From Takakia lepidozioides (Eukaryota > Plantae > Bryophyta): a DNA stretch of 64,000 nucleotides. The stretch is taken from NCBI GenBank assembly GCA_030704615.1, contig CM060731.1:35712001-35776000 (forward strand), given 5' to 3'. The translations under genes were made by a program, and so were the position numbers. Shown piece by piece: positions 38,355 through 48,659 of the stretch; position 1 is the first letter of the stretch, and each line of letters begins with the position of its first letter. The notes under the pieces were generated by a model. It was not told where the DNA came from. It saw nothing but the letters and a program-made list of their open reading frames with translations, and searched no databases.

Positions 38355-39343
38355 CCAGGCCTGTAGGATGCTGACTCCTCCCAGAAATCCAGGGTGAAGC
38401 CCATGGGGTATAACACTGCCCCACCAACGAGGACATCGTAAGAGACCGCGTCTGTCACAATGGCCTTGGCTCGCATCACTGAGCCATCTACAGGATGATC
38501 CGGCTGCAGTCTAATAGCCAACTGATGCCGTGTCATGCCGCGAGCCTGCTCTGATCCTCCCAGAGATGTCTGTATCTGGAAAGGACAAGGCTCCATATCC
38601 GCCTCCATGAGGCCCAAACCTGCAATAGCAGCTCTGCCCAACATCAGTGGCTGAGCTCCTGAGTCCAACAAGACCCGCAGTGGCCGGTACTTCTTGCTTG
38701 CCGGTCCACTCAAAGTGAAAATGCCTCCCTGGTTGTCTAACAAGACAACTCCAGGTGTCACCATGGCGCGCTCAAAGGCTGGCCTAGCTGGCAGCTCCGT
38801 CATGGCAGCTGCAGCTTGCCAGGGCGCTGCCGTGGCAGTCTTGACCCTCAAATCCGAGGATCCCTCTGCCACTACACCTTCCACTAACTCCGCAGAAGAT
38901 GAAGTGACCTCTCCACTCTCGCAGAGTGTTGCTGCTAGTCTGAACACTGCAGCTGGTCTCACTTCCGGCGTCGCAATCATGGTCGCCGAGAACAGTGGGG
39001 CTTGACACATAGAGGTGGCTGCCCCCAATAACACACCGGCTGCACTAGCCTTGGTAGCAAGTGTCAGTGCTGCACGTGTAGCTCTCCCCAATGGCATAGT
39101 AACCTCCGCCTCGGTAACAGTCGGGCGAGAACTAGGTGCCATGGATGGCGTTGACACTGTCTCCGCCAAGGTGAATGACTGAGGCAGCCTTGCCTGACGG
39201 CTTGCCTCCCCACGTTGTGGATCCAACTCCACCTCTGCACCTCGTGGCTCAGGAACTCGTGTTGCTCCTCGAGTCACGGCTGCAGCAGACTCCACCTGCT
39301 CTAATGGTAGTGCTGCTCCGCACATGAATCCCATGCCGCCCAT
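38063..39343 (-). CDS. Aspartic protease region of the polyprotein
   Basis: RVLLDSGAQPLML and YDVLVGG retropepsin motifs. Frameshifted relative to both gag and the MTase. Confidence 0.85.
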   Translation of the reverse strand: MGGMGFMCGAALPLEQVESAAAVTRGATRVPEPRGAEVELDPQRGEASRQARLPQSFTLAETVSTPSMAPSSRPTVTEAEVTMPLGRATRAALTLATKASAAGVLLGAATSMCQAPLFSATMIATPEVRPAAVFRLAATLCESGEVTSSSAELVEGVVAEGSSDLRVKTATAAPWQAAAAMTELPARPAFERAMVTPGVVLLDNQGGIFTLSGPASKKYRPLRVLLDSGAQPLMLGRAAIAGLGLMEADMEPCPFQIQTSLGGSEQARGMTRHQLAIRLQPDHPVDGSVMRAKAIVTDAVSYDVLVGGAVLYPMGFTLDFWEESASYRPGWQSGDGRRAQLHVTFIGGIAAAQRGKMPTQPPSQLKLVGLESCWKAMPMQRMCHLQQSRMTCMVRRSCLPWLLTLRCGVRARICSTLLMDGCNKLG

Positions 39344-40902
39344 ATCTCCTCCCTCAGGAGCAGGAGGGGGCCATCCCGCCTGGGAGCCGGTACCGCCTGA
39401 GCTATAGCCATGGCAGCGAGCCTCTGCTCTAGCTGCTGAAGCCGATTGGCCATGCCTTGGTCAACACCCTGACCTCCGCGTCCTTGGCCATGTGGAGGTT
39501 GCCCTTGGCCTGCACCTCGTGCCCGACCACCTCGTCCTCTTTGGGCTGGTCCACCTCGCCCCCGGCCACCATTGTTCCCTTGGAACTGGCCTGGGCGCAA
39601 CTCAGGATGCAAGTCATAACACTGGGCATCTCCATGCCCATACTTGCCACAATGCCCACACTGCAACTGTGCAGGCTGTGCTTGTGCCGGCCTTCTGCCA
39701 CTCTCTGGGCAATCTCTCTTGACATGGGGTCCTCCACATGTCCAACATATCACCCCTGGTTGCTGTTGGCCTGCAAAAGATGCCACGGGCCTCTGCACCT
39801 GAGGTCCCCTGTAAGCTCCATGGAACTTGGGCTGGGCAACCTTGCCCCCCTGACCACGCTGTTGGGCAGTCCCTTGTGCTTGTGGGCTGACAGCTGTGCC
39901 CCGTACAGGCATGTCCTTACCAAATCCAATTGTAACAACTCGCTCCTCCACCATGTTGAGCTCAATCCGCTCAGCCAGCAGAAACACATCTGCTAATGTG
40001 GGTTGGGCTGCTTGTAACAGGGTTGCATCTCGCACCCTTCTCTTGAGCTCCTTGTCCAGAATTCCATACCAAAACTGGATTGCCTGAGCTTCAGTAACCC
40101 CTTGGGTCACACTTATCAAGCGCCTCATACGAGTGTACGCCTCTCGCAGGCTCTCACTGGGTTTGCGCTGGAAGTCTTGCAAACTTCGCAGCTTCTCTGT
40201 CCGTACACCTTGGTAGTTCCTCCGCAACTCCTGGAAGAACTCCACCACCGGGTTGAATCTAGGCACATGTGTTGTAGTTGTGGCAGGAGGAGTAGTAGCA
40301 CCTTTTGAACTGGTACCACCTGCAGAAGTACCAGCACTACCTGCTCCACTACTAGTGCTGGCAGTGGGAGCTATTGGTACTGATGCAACTACTGGTCGCG
40401 TCGTGCCTCGAGTAATGGAGACGTAGTCAGGTGACCAATACATCCTCCACTCCTCAATCTCTGCTTCATGTCCTCGCCTGAACTCGTGGTAATCGTCCAT
40501 AGGCGGGCCTTCCAAATGCTGGAACAGTCCCTTCCACACCATGAATGGGGTGAATAGCTGTGGATTGCGCATCTGCTGCAAATCACACCAGCTGTCGAAC
40601 TCCTGGATAAAGTCATCCAACTCGATTGTGCCCACAGCTCCAGAGTACCTACGAGGCCCCTTGGTAGCTCCATACATCTCCTCCATGTCGTCCCACAACA
40701 ATGGCGAATGAAAGTGCACACCTGTTGATGAAGCCTCCGAGTCTGTGTCTGACTCTACAGTAATTGAGGGTGGCGGTGAAGGTGGTCTGAACCGAATACC
40801 TCGTCTTGTGAACCCACTCTCACTGTTACTACCTGTAGCCGTACTCCCCTCACCACCCTTGGGTAACTCCGTAATGACACTCACAATGTGCACCTCCTCC
40901 AC
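39301..40902 (-). CDS. gag: Gag with two zinc knuckles
   Basis: Retrotrans-gag-like FQRKPSESLREAYTRMRRL, knuckles CWTCGGPHVKRDC and CGHCGKYGHGDAQC, RGG-rich tail. First in-frame ATG at 40686. Confidence 0.9.
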   Translation of the reverse strand: MEEVHIVSVITELPKGGEGSTATGSNSESGFTRRGIRFRPPSPPPSITVESDTDSEASSTGVHFHSPLLWDDMEEMYGATKGPRRYSGAVGTIELDDFIQEFDSWCDLQQMRNPQLFTPFMVWKGLFQHLEGPPMDDYHEFRRGHEAEIEEWRMYWSPDYVSITRGTTRPVVASVPIAPTASTSSGAGSAGTSAGGTSSKGATTPPATTTTHVPRFNPVVEFFQELRRNYQGVRTEKLRSLQDFQRKPSESLREAYTRMRRLISVTQGVTEAQAIQFWYGILDKELKRRVRDATLLQAAQPTLADVFLLAERIELNMVEERVVTIGFGKDMPVRGTAVSPQAQGTAQQRGQGGKVAQPKFHGAYRGPQVQRPVASFAGQQQPGVICWTCGGPHVKRDCPESGRRPAQAQPAQLQCGHCGKYGHGDAQCYDLHPELRPGQFQGNNGGRGRGGPAQRGRGGRARGAGQGQPPHGQGRGGQGVDQGMANRLQQLEQRLAAMAIAQAVPAPRRDGPLLLLREEIWAAWDSCAEQHYH

Positions 40903-41421
40903 GTGACACTATAAGGCTCTAGTACTAATCTAATAGTGACACGGGTGGGCACCTGTTGCAGTTTAAGGGTCATATCCCAATGGCTCAGGGCACCTGCACC
41001 TGCATCCACCGCAAGAACTCCTATGGTTGGCTGGTCATCAACCCAGCCTCACCATAGAAGAAACACTGGTGGTCTTGCTGGTCATCACTCCAGCCTCACC
41101 ACCGACAGCATACTCTAGGATTGACCGGTGATCAAATCCGGCCTAATCCCTATGAAAGCAAGCGCCCACACAAAACCAACATGGCGCACAGTCAAGCATG
41201 CAGGTGTTGGGGGGGATCCAAACACAAGAAATCAAAGCATCAACACCCCCACACCAAAATCCAGCAGCAACGCTGATCCTGCAGAATATCCCAGCCCAAA
41301 ACCCCGGACTGACTGGCCTCCACCAAGAGAGGCTTTGGCAACTACAAGTACAAGGTAATGAAAATAGTACAGAGATGGAGGGGAAGAATAGAAGCCCGCC
41401 CAAGCAAGATCTAATCCTGAT

Positions 41422-42171
41422 CTATGCTATCAACTTCCAGACTTCTCTCAAAGTGTCTCGCTCTGCTTGATGGTAAGGTGTAGGAGGTATATCTATGTCC
41501 AGAAACCTGCCACTAACCTTGTCCCAAGCTACAGTAGCTCGCTCTAACCAACCCTCCTCCTCTTTCTGCCAGGTAGAGACAAAGCAACACTCTGCTATCT
41601 CCCGCTCACTGAACACTAAAGAAAACAAAGGTAGGGTCTGATAGTCTCTCAACTCGAAAGCTTTGAGATGATTGCGGGTGTCTTCATTGCGAATGACTGC
41701 ATCGCCTTCAAACAAAACAAACTTGTCCTCGCTAATGAACCCCCGCTCGTGGTTGCCTTGTGCAGAGCGTGTCCGACTGCAACACTGTCTAATTGCACAA
41801 ACTTGTGCAGCTCCTGCTCCTCTGCTCCAGTACACCACGGCCTTGTGGCTGAACACCTTGGTCCCCGGGGCTGTCTTTGGCTGTGTTCCAAGCCTAGCTT
41901 TCACCCACTTTGGTATTTCACCTACAGCTGCAGAACTGCTGGCTCCAACAGAGTTCTGACTGTCCAAGGCGATATTGAGGCCCTCAATGCCAACTACAGC
42001 AGTCTGTTGTCTACTGCTAATGCCTGACTCCCAGTATGCAATCAACTCGTCCAACTGTTCTCCACTCAAATCAGTCTGAGTTCCTTGGGAAACATAAATC
42101 GTGTCCCCTTGTGTGCACGGACTAAGAGAAGAGACCTGCCCTTCAATTACGTCCTCATTTCCCCCAGCCAT
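41422..42171 (-). CDS. Additional ORF upstream of gag within the retrotransposon, unknown function (249 aa)
   Basis: ATG-initiated 750-nt ORF on the element sense strand. No domain recognised. Confidence 0.5.
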   Translation of the reverse strand: MAGGNEDVIEGQVSSLSPCTQGDTIYVSQGTQTDLSGEQLDELIAYWESGISSRQQTAVVGIEGLNIALDSQNSVGASSSAAVGEIPKWVKARLGTQPKTAPGTKVFSHKAVVYWSRGAGAAQVCAIRQCCSRTRSAQGNHERGFISEDKFVLFEGDAVIRNEDTRNHLKAFELRDYQTLPLFSLVFSEREIAECCFVSTWQKEEEGWLERATVAWDKVSGRFLDIDIPPTPYHQAERDTLREVWKLIA

Positions 42172-44470
42172 GCATGGAGTACATCCACCAATTTGTCTCT
42201 CATATAGACCAGCACAGGTTCTAGAGACAGGATTGTGGATCTTTCATGGCACACTCACACTCTAAAAATTCCATAGATTTTTAGCAGAGTCCCCAAAGCA
42301 GAAACCAGGTTTAGATAGGTAGATTTCCCCTTTCTGCAGCTATCCCCCCAAAAACTGGGTCAACCAGAGTCCATTTGACAAAGATATGATGAATTTGGCT
42401 CCAAATCATTCAAATTAGATTAAAAAAGGTTTTTTTTTAAAAAAAAAAAAGGTTTTCAAGTTTAACAATTTAAAGTTACCCAAAATGTCTGGTAACTGGT
42501 TCCCGGTTCCCTAAGTTCTATATGGCATCCTAGGTTCCCTGGCCACGTGCCTGCTGTTCCCCTCCATTTCATTTGAGTTCAACAGCTCACCATGCTTTGG
42601 AATCCCAACCGTCTTCTACCACAAATCATGGTGACGATGGAGGTCGTGGAGCTCATTTCCCCTTAGCAACACTTCACCTTGGCACCCTCACAAGTTTCAT
42701 TGAAGTAAAGTTGGCAAGCCAGTTCCTGCAAAGCCTGCCCCACACACCAGCTTAGCAGTGTCCAAATTGAGTGATCCCCAGCTGGGACCTTTCTTCAAGC
42801 CTGTCGGCTATGTGGAAACCCAGCTGCAGTGCACGGAAGTACGAGTGCCTCGACCACTCGGCAATGTGCCTGGCTTTGTGGCAGATCTGTCCTCTGATCC
42901 TTGCTTACTAGCAGGGGCTCTCAAAACCCAAAAGAACTGTTGTCCACTGGCTTCGAGTCCGAGAGCTAGCTGATCAATCTGTGTGGCAGTGAGTAGGGCT
43001 ACGGTTCCAAAGGCAATATAGAGAACCGATCACGGAGGATGGCTGTTTAACCATTCTAAGCACCTTGCCAGCTGCAAGGGAAAAACCCCAACTTTCCTCC
43101 TTCCCTACCCTGCTTAGAAAGAGCAACCTAAGCTGCTGACAGTAAGAGCCTCTTTCCGAGGAGAAACCAAGACTCTTACGTCATTCAACCACTAGGGGTA
43201 CAATCCAGTTCACAATAACAGAGTCAGTAAATATCCTCCCTGACAGACTCCTTCACGTTCTACATAAAGCATATTGCCAAAGCTGCAGTCGCACCATTGT
43301 GAAGGATCTTTAAAGAACTCCAGTCAGCGCTGTTCCATGCTCCAGTGCTGACCTACATGCCAGATATTCAAAAGGGCCCCTTCTTCGACCAGATTACTAG
43401 GTGCTGGTCAAGCCAAAAGACAATTCACGGTGCATAGAATACCCGCACACAGAAACAGCGAAGTGTTATGACCTAGTCTTGTTGGGATCCCTGAAGGCTT
43501 CGTAGGAGGCGTAGCTACCACTTGGAAGGGACTCTGCACTTGGGCCTTGACAAGTAGGATCCCGCTTTCAACTCCATAACCCAGTCCTTAATCTGGTCAG
43601 CAAGCAAGCAGTTAGCAAGCAAGCATCACGCATCAGTGAAAACCATAATCTGCTGCTCCATTTGAGTACATCTCTCAACCCCTCTCTACAGTCCCCCAAC
43701 ATTACCAATCACATTCTGCTCGTCCGCTGCCTCCCCAGCACCACAAGATGTGGAAGGCTTGTTCTGCACCCTCGGTTCTTGATCCAAACAAAAACAACTG
43801 ATGAGCAAAGTGTTTCCATAAAAACAACGGAACAACAGATGGGAGAGATGGTGCATCCCTGCGCCCCGCCATCCAGCGCGCTCTGCTTCTCGTTCGACCT
43901 TCACTACTCACACCATACACGAGTGCGCAACGCCGAGACCCGTCGACAGCACGTCCGGAGACTCCGCACAGGGACAAACAGCAACACAGATGCAGGCAGA
44001 CAGTTCAGTGGTCACTGCAAGACCCCATCACCAAGGACTTGGGCCAACTTGACCAATTTCTACACTCATGCCAACCTGGTTCTTGACAAGCTACCGCTCC
44101 CGCCAAGTAAAACCATCAGCGCTACAGGTCACGGTGAATCCAGCAATATGCCTGCAAGCCAGAATGGGCTACAAGCCAATGGCCCTTCTTGAGCTGCAAC
44201 ACAACGGACCACACAAGTTGGGCACGACTGGCCTACTGGGTGCTCAGCCTGCCCCAGCGCTCAGGCAGCAGGCTACTAGGGCCCCCGCGCGCACCCGCCA
44301 CCACAAAACAGGGATAACTACACCCTGATCACCACCAACGCCCATGTGTAAACAACAAGCGCAAACCCATGGCAACAGCAGGACTAGATGGGCTCCTGCC
44401 CCAAGGTATATATTATAATAGTGTTAAAAAAAAAACATTGTATCTAGCTTAGCACTAGAAAACTAGATAG

Positions 44471-44486
44471 GCTCATCTCTCTCGAG
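44471..44486 (-). other. Self-priming primer binding site
   Basis: Minus strand CTCGAGAGAGATGAGC directly follows …TTTATCA of repeat B and is the exact reverse complement of 16 nt inside B (44671-44686). No tRNA-type TGG start. Confidence 0.8.
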
Positions 44487-44836
44487 TGATAAATAAGCAT
44501 AGAGACACTGTTGACACAAAACATATCAATCCATCGCTATCACTCTTTATAATAGAAGTCGAGCCAGGGGCACCCCAAGCTATGGGGACTCCACCCCACA
44601 ACAACCTACACTCCCATCATGAGTACACTCAGATCTAAACGCATGCAGGAGCTCGGTCGCGCAGGCTCAACTCGAGAGAGATGAGCTGCGCGACTGCCGC
44701 TCTCGTGAAGATAAGACGGACCAGGTGTCAAACTAAACTTGACACCTGATTTAACACTTGACCTAAATCCAAGTGTTAAATACAAATAACTAGTTTTATG
44801 CTAGCTGTTTTCACACTGTGCTTATTTAACTTGACA
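44487..44836 (-). repeat. Terminal repeat B, outer (5') copy (350 bp)
   Basis: Direct repeat of 32879-33228. Ends …acttgaca followed by TSD aatt. Confidence 0.95.
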
Positions 44837-44840
44837 AATT

Positions 44841-45238
44841 ATATATATATATATATTCCAAAACAGGGGACAAGCCCTCATATTTCATATGCGCTGGCGC
44901 ATACCAGACAACAATGTTTTTTTATTATTGTTTTTTAATTTGTTTTTCTCAAAACAGGGGACATTGGCCCTCATATTTTGTATGCGCCGGCACATACTAG
45001 ATAACAATTTTTTTTATTTAATTTATTTAATTTATATTTCCATAAAATAGGGACAGTGACCCTCATATCGTCATTTTTTTGCTTCCTCGGATATAGGGTT
45101 ATTATGCAGTAATCCGCGAAAATACGTCCCATTTCTTAATGTTTTGACGACCCATCCATGCTCATAATCATATGTAATTTATATTATGGGCTCACGATTT
45201 CCAGCTCACCGCTCACTGCTCACAGTTCAACGTCCATG
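44841..45238 (+). mobile_element. One arm of a non-autonomous TIR element inserted in the pogo-like transposase
   Basis: Minisatellite plus GCTCAC subterminal repeats, ending cgtccatg, followed by the 9-bp TSD CAATTGAAG (45239-45247). The partner arm lies inverted at 57371-58321. Confidence 0.7.
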
Positions 45239-47771
45239 CAATTGAAGCTGAAAGTGGCTGAGTTAACTCACATCAGAGCCACCCTTTTCACAAACGGCAT
45301 TCTAGGTCACTCATGGTTAAAGTGGTTTAGAAGAAGACATCCACAATTTGCGATCAGAGTGGCTGAAGGGCTGGAAGTGGCAAGGGCTAAAGCACTCACT
45401 TCCAAACATTGTAAAACCTTTCACAACACTTTGAAAATGTTGTATATGAAGCATCACTCTCCTTCCACACACATTTGGAATAGCGATGAAACAGGGTGTC
45501 AAGCTGGGCGAACTTCTGGAGCTAGGGTCATTGCCAAGAAAGGTTCGCATTATGTCTACAACACCATACCCAAGTCTAGGGAATGGTTGACTGTAAATGC
45601 ATGTGTAAATGTTGAGGGAGGGAGGATCCCTAATTACTTCATTTTCAGAGGCAAACGAATCATGGAGGATTACATTCAAGACTGTGAAACAGGGGCTTGC
45701 ATGGCAATGCAAGAAAAGGCATGGATGACGGCCAAGTTGTTTAGACAGTGGCTAGTTTTTTTCCAAAAGAATGTTCCAGGTGGGATTTCGACAGAAAATC
45801 GACACTTGCTAATATTAGATGGCATGGCAGCCACGTCACAATTGAAGCAATTCAATATGCTATGGAGATTGGGCTTGACATGGTGACACTTCCAGCCCAT
45901 ACCTCACATGCTCTACAGCCCCTCGATGTGGCTTGCTTCAAGCCCTTCAAAACTAAATTTCGAAGCATTCATGACTCTGAAATGCTGAAAAGAAACTTTA
46001 TGGAACTCGACAAAAAGGCAAAAAATGGTGGAACACACACTTGCCACGTAGTGTCAAACCTAACCTTTGAACATTCATATTTCATTCGTCGTATTGTTAA
46101 GCAAATTTGAACTCAAGACCACTAGATTATACATATAGTAAGACACTTCATACTAACCGACATATCAGTTACTGAACTTACACACAAACTCATGATTTAA
46201 TTGTACATAAGGTAGTTCATGCCAGAGTTGCTCGTCGCGACCTCAAAGCGACATTCCACGTGTCGCTCAAATGTAAGCGACGCTAGGGGCGTCGCTTTTC
46301 CTGCACCCTCTACTGCAACCAAAAAATGACTTATCAAAAAACAAAATCCAAACCGTTGCTAAAAATGACTTACAAAAATGACTTATATTTTTTTTTCTTT
46401 TTTTTTCTTTTTTTTTCTCCCGGGGTGCTTGAAGCGACCCCGTGGGCATTGCAAAGGCGTCGCTACCTCGCAATTGACAACCTGGGCGTCGCACCAAGGG
46501 CCGACCCCCAGTGCGTCGTAGCCCAATTGCGACGTTTTTTTTTAAATTTTAGTCAGGCGTCACAATGGAAGACTTGGCCAAAATCCACAAAAACGTGGAT
46601 TTTGGCAGTATGTCTGCGATGCCCTGGGCGTCGCAAGATGGGGACACGGTGGGGACGTCGCACGGGAGAGGCGCCACGGGGGGGGGGGGGGGGGGGGGTA
46701 GGCGTCGCTAAACCCCCCATTTTCCTGTAATGCTCTATTACCTCAAAATATTCGGGCTGGTTTTCACACCACCGGAATTTGGTCTTTCAATCCTCAAGCA
46801 ATGGAGAGTAAAGTTGGACCTTCTAAACAATTTGATGCTGAAACATAGGAACCTGAAACAAAGTCAAAGAGCGAGAATGATGAAGCAGAGGTTGAGGTTG
46901 AAGCAAATATTACTGCTGGAGCAGCTGCATTATTATCCATGATCGAAAATAGTCCACTTGATACGAATGAACATCAAGCATCGAGGAGCAACGAGGACAC
47001 AAACACAAGTGTGCGGCCTTCTCTACCTCTTAGTGAGAGCACTTCACTCATTGACATAACAAGTGAACATCTATTCCAGCCAACCAATGATGCTAGTTAC
47101 ATGGAAGAAAACCAAATGCAACATTTTTGTGGGATCTAACATTGCTGCCAATTTGCAAGGAGCCACAAATCAGGTTTCTGAAGTTCACAAAGTTCAGAAA
47201 TAGATGTGCAGTGCACACAAGATGTTTACCAGTCAAGCCAGTCCCTCTTTGCATTGCCTCGATTTTCAGCCAAGCCTACAAAAGGAAAAGAGCCATTAGT
47301 TGACTATGCCAATTCCATTGTCATGACCTCTACGGAGTACACAACAATCATGCAACAGAAAGCCCTTCTGAGAGAGGTTGTTGAGAGAAGAAACGGCGAG
47401 AGAGAGAAGAAAATGTGCTAGCCGAGAAAGCAAGTGAGAAAGCCATAGAGAAACGCCAAAGAGCGGCGTTTGATGCTCATTGGCAAGCACATAATGTCAG
47501 AGCTATGGGCAACGTTTTCCACCAAGCCATCAAAAGTGGGGTGACTCCTAATCCAAACATCTATCATGGTAAAAACCTTGGAATGTTAGGTCCTACTCAA
47601 AGAGCATCAAGAAGGAGAGTGTTGGAAAGAAGGAGAGGAGACAAGGGAGTCAATGAAAATTTAGGTCAGCCAATGCGACCTGCACTTACAGCCATCACGA
47701 ATTTGCCGATGCTCCAACTCTATCATCAGAGACCAAGCACAATGACAGGTTACTGTCATGACACTGCATAG
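45239..47771 (+). pseudogene. pogo/Tc5-like (DDE_1) transposase, central and C-terminal parts, disrupted
   Basis: WLKWFRRRHP, IWNSDETG, LLILDG(H), LPAHTSHALQPLDVACFKPFK. Interrupted at ~46015-46735. C-terminal remnants such as PLVDYANSIVMTS.EY at ~47290. Confidence 0.85.
46230..46732. mobile_element. Truncated CACTA-like element end
   Basis: Terminus reads CATTACAGGAAAA on the minus strand, with many GCGTCGC/GCGACGC subterminal repeats. The other end was not found. Confidence 0.55.
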
Positions 47772-48659
47772 ACATGTTTCAGATGTGATTCATTGTCTAT
47801 TATGATAATAGCTAGTTCTATTACATATTTGTTCATTTCAAATGGAGCTCATTCTATAGCATGTCAGATTAGACAAAGTGTTTTGCTTTGCTTAATGAAA
47901 CATTTTGAGGACTTTTCATTACTAGTTTTTACTTCAACTAATAGCTATCAAATATTTATAGCCTGTAGTAGATCTCTCTGTTTTTATGAGACTCGATATT
48001 AAGCACTATACGTTTTTATCCTATAATGAGAAAGCAAGAAGTGAACATGGCCTAATTTCTATGAGAACAGTTTTGTGGTTTTCAATTTCTCGGCTTAATA
48101 TGGCCAGAGCCTATTAGGTTGATTTGACAACTTATTGACATTATCACTATCTCCAGGTTTCTAATGTTTAAGCTGAAGTATATGTCAGAGTGAATCTAGC
48201 TTTTGGATGAGCTTCTACAGGTCACTGGTTTATGGTAATTTTTTAGGCATTGTTTTGGAGTGGCCATGGGAGTCATGACTGTCCAGATCTGAAAACAAAG
48301 TCTCTACAAGTAACATGAAAAAGATCATTTGGCGATGATATGGGGCAGCAAAATGGACCTGTTCATACTCATTCATATCAGGGTTGTTGTATGAAGCATC
48401 CTAAGATGGAAGTTGCTCATAGCCCTCAAATAACTTTCGTTTTTTCAAGGTCTTAGTTATGTTGCATTTCCACAGATAAACAGATAACAAGCATGAAAGA
48501 GGTAAGCCAATGTAAGACCAAAAAAAAAAAAAAAAAAAGATGAAACATGGTTCGTAGTAAAATACCTGTGGCAAAAAGTCGACACTACATTGCATCACGT
48601 TGCACGAGAAACTAATAACTTTCAAGCTCTATAGAAGTCTTCTCAAACCTACACATCCA

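Larger units (their letters stand above)
32793..44836 (-). mobile_element. Ty3/Gypsy-type retrotransposon carrying a DNMT3-like methyltransferase and a PHD finger, with split/permuted terminal repeats
   Basis: Termini TGTC…GACA. 4-bp TSD AATT (32789-32792, 44837-44840). Domain order gag-PR-(MTase)-RT-RH-INT-PHD. Repeat pairs differ at only ~4 of 437 nt by eye. Confidence 0.95.

Noticed and set aside
33475-44328. Plus-strand ORFs antisense to the retrotransposon (e.g. 39457-39996, 43662-44192)
   Set aside because: No recognisable domains. Such shadow ORFs are expected in GC-rich sequence.
32793-44836. Classifying the element as DIRS/Ngaro/PAT because of the split direct repeats
   Set aside because: It has an aspartic protease, an HHCC-DDE integrase, TG…CA ends and a TSD. 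No tyrosine-recombinase motif was recognised.
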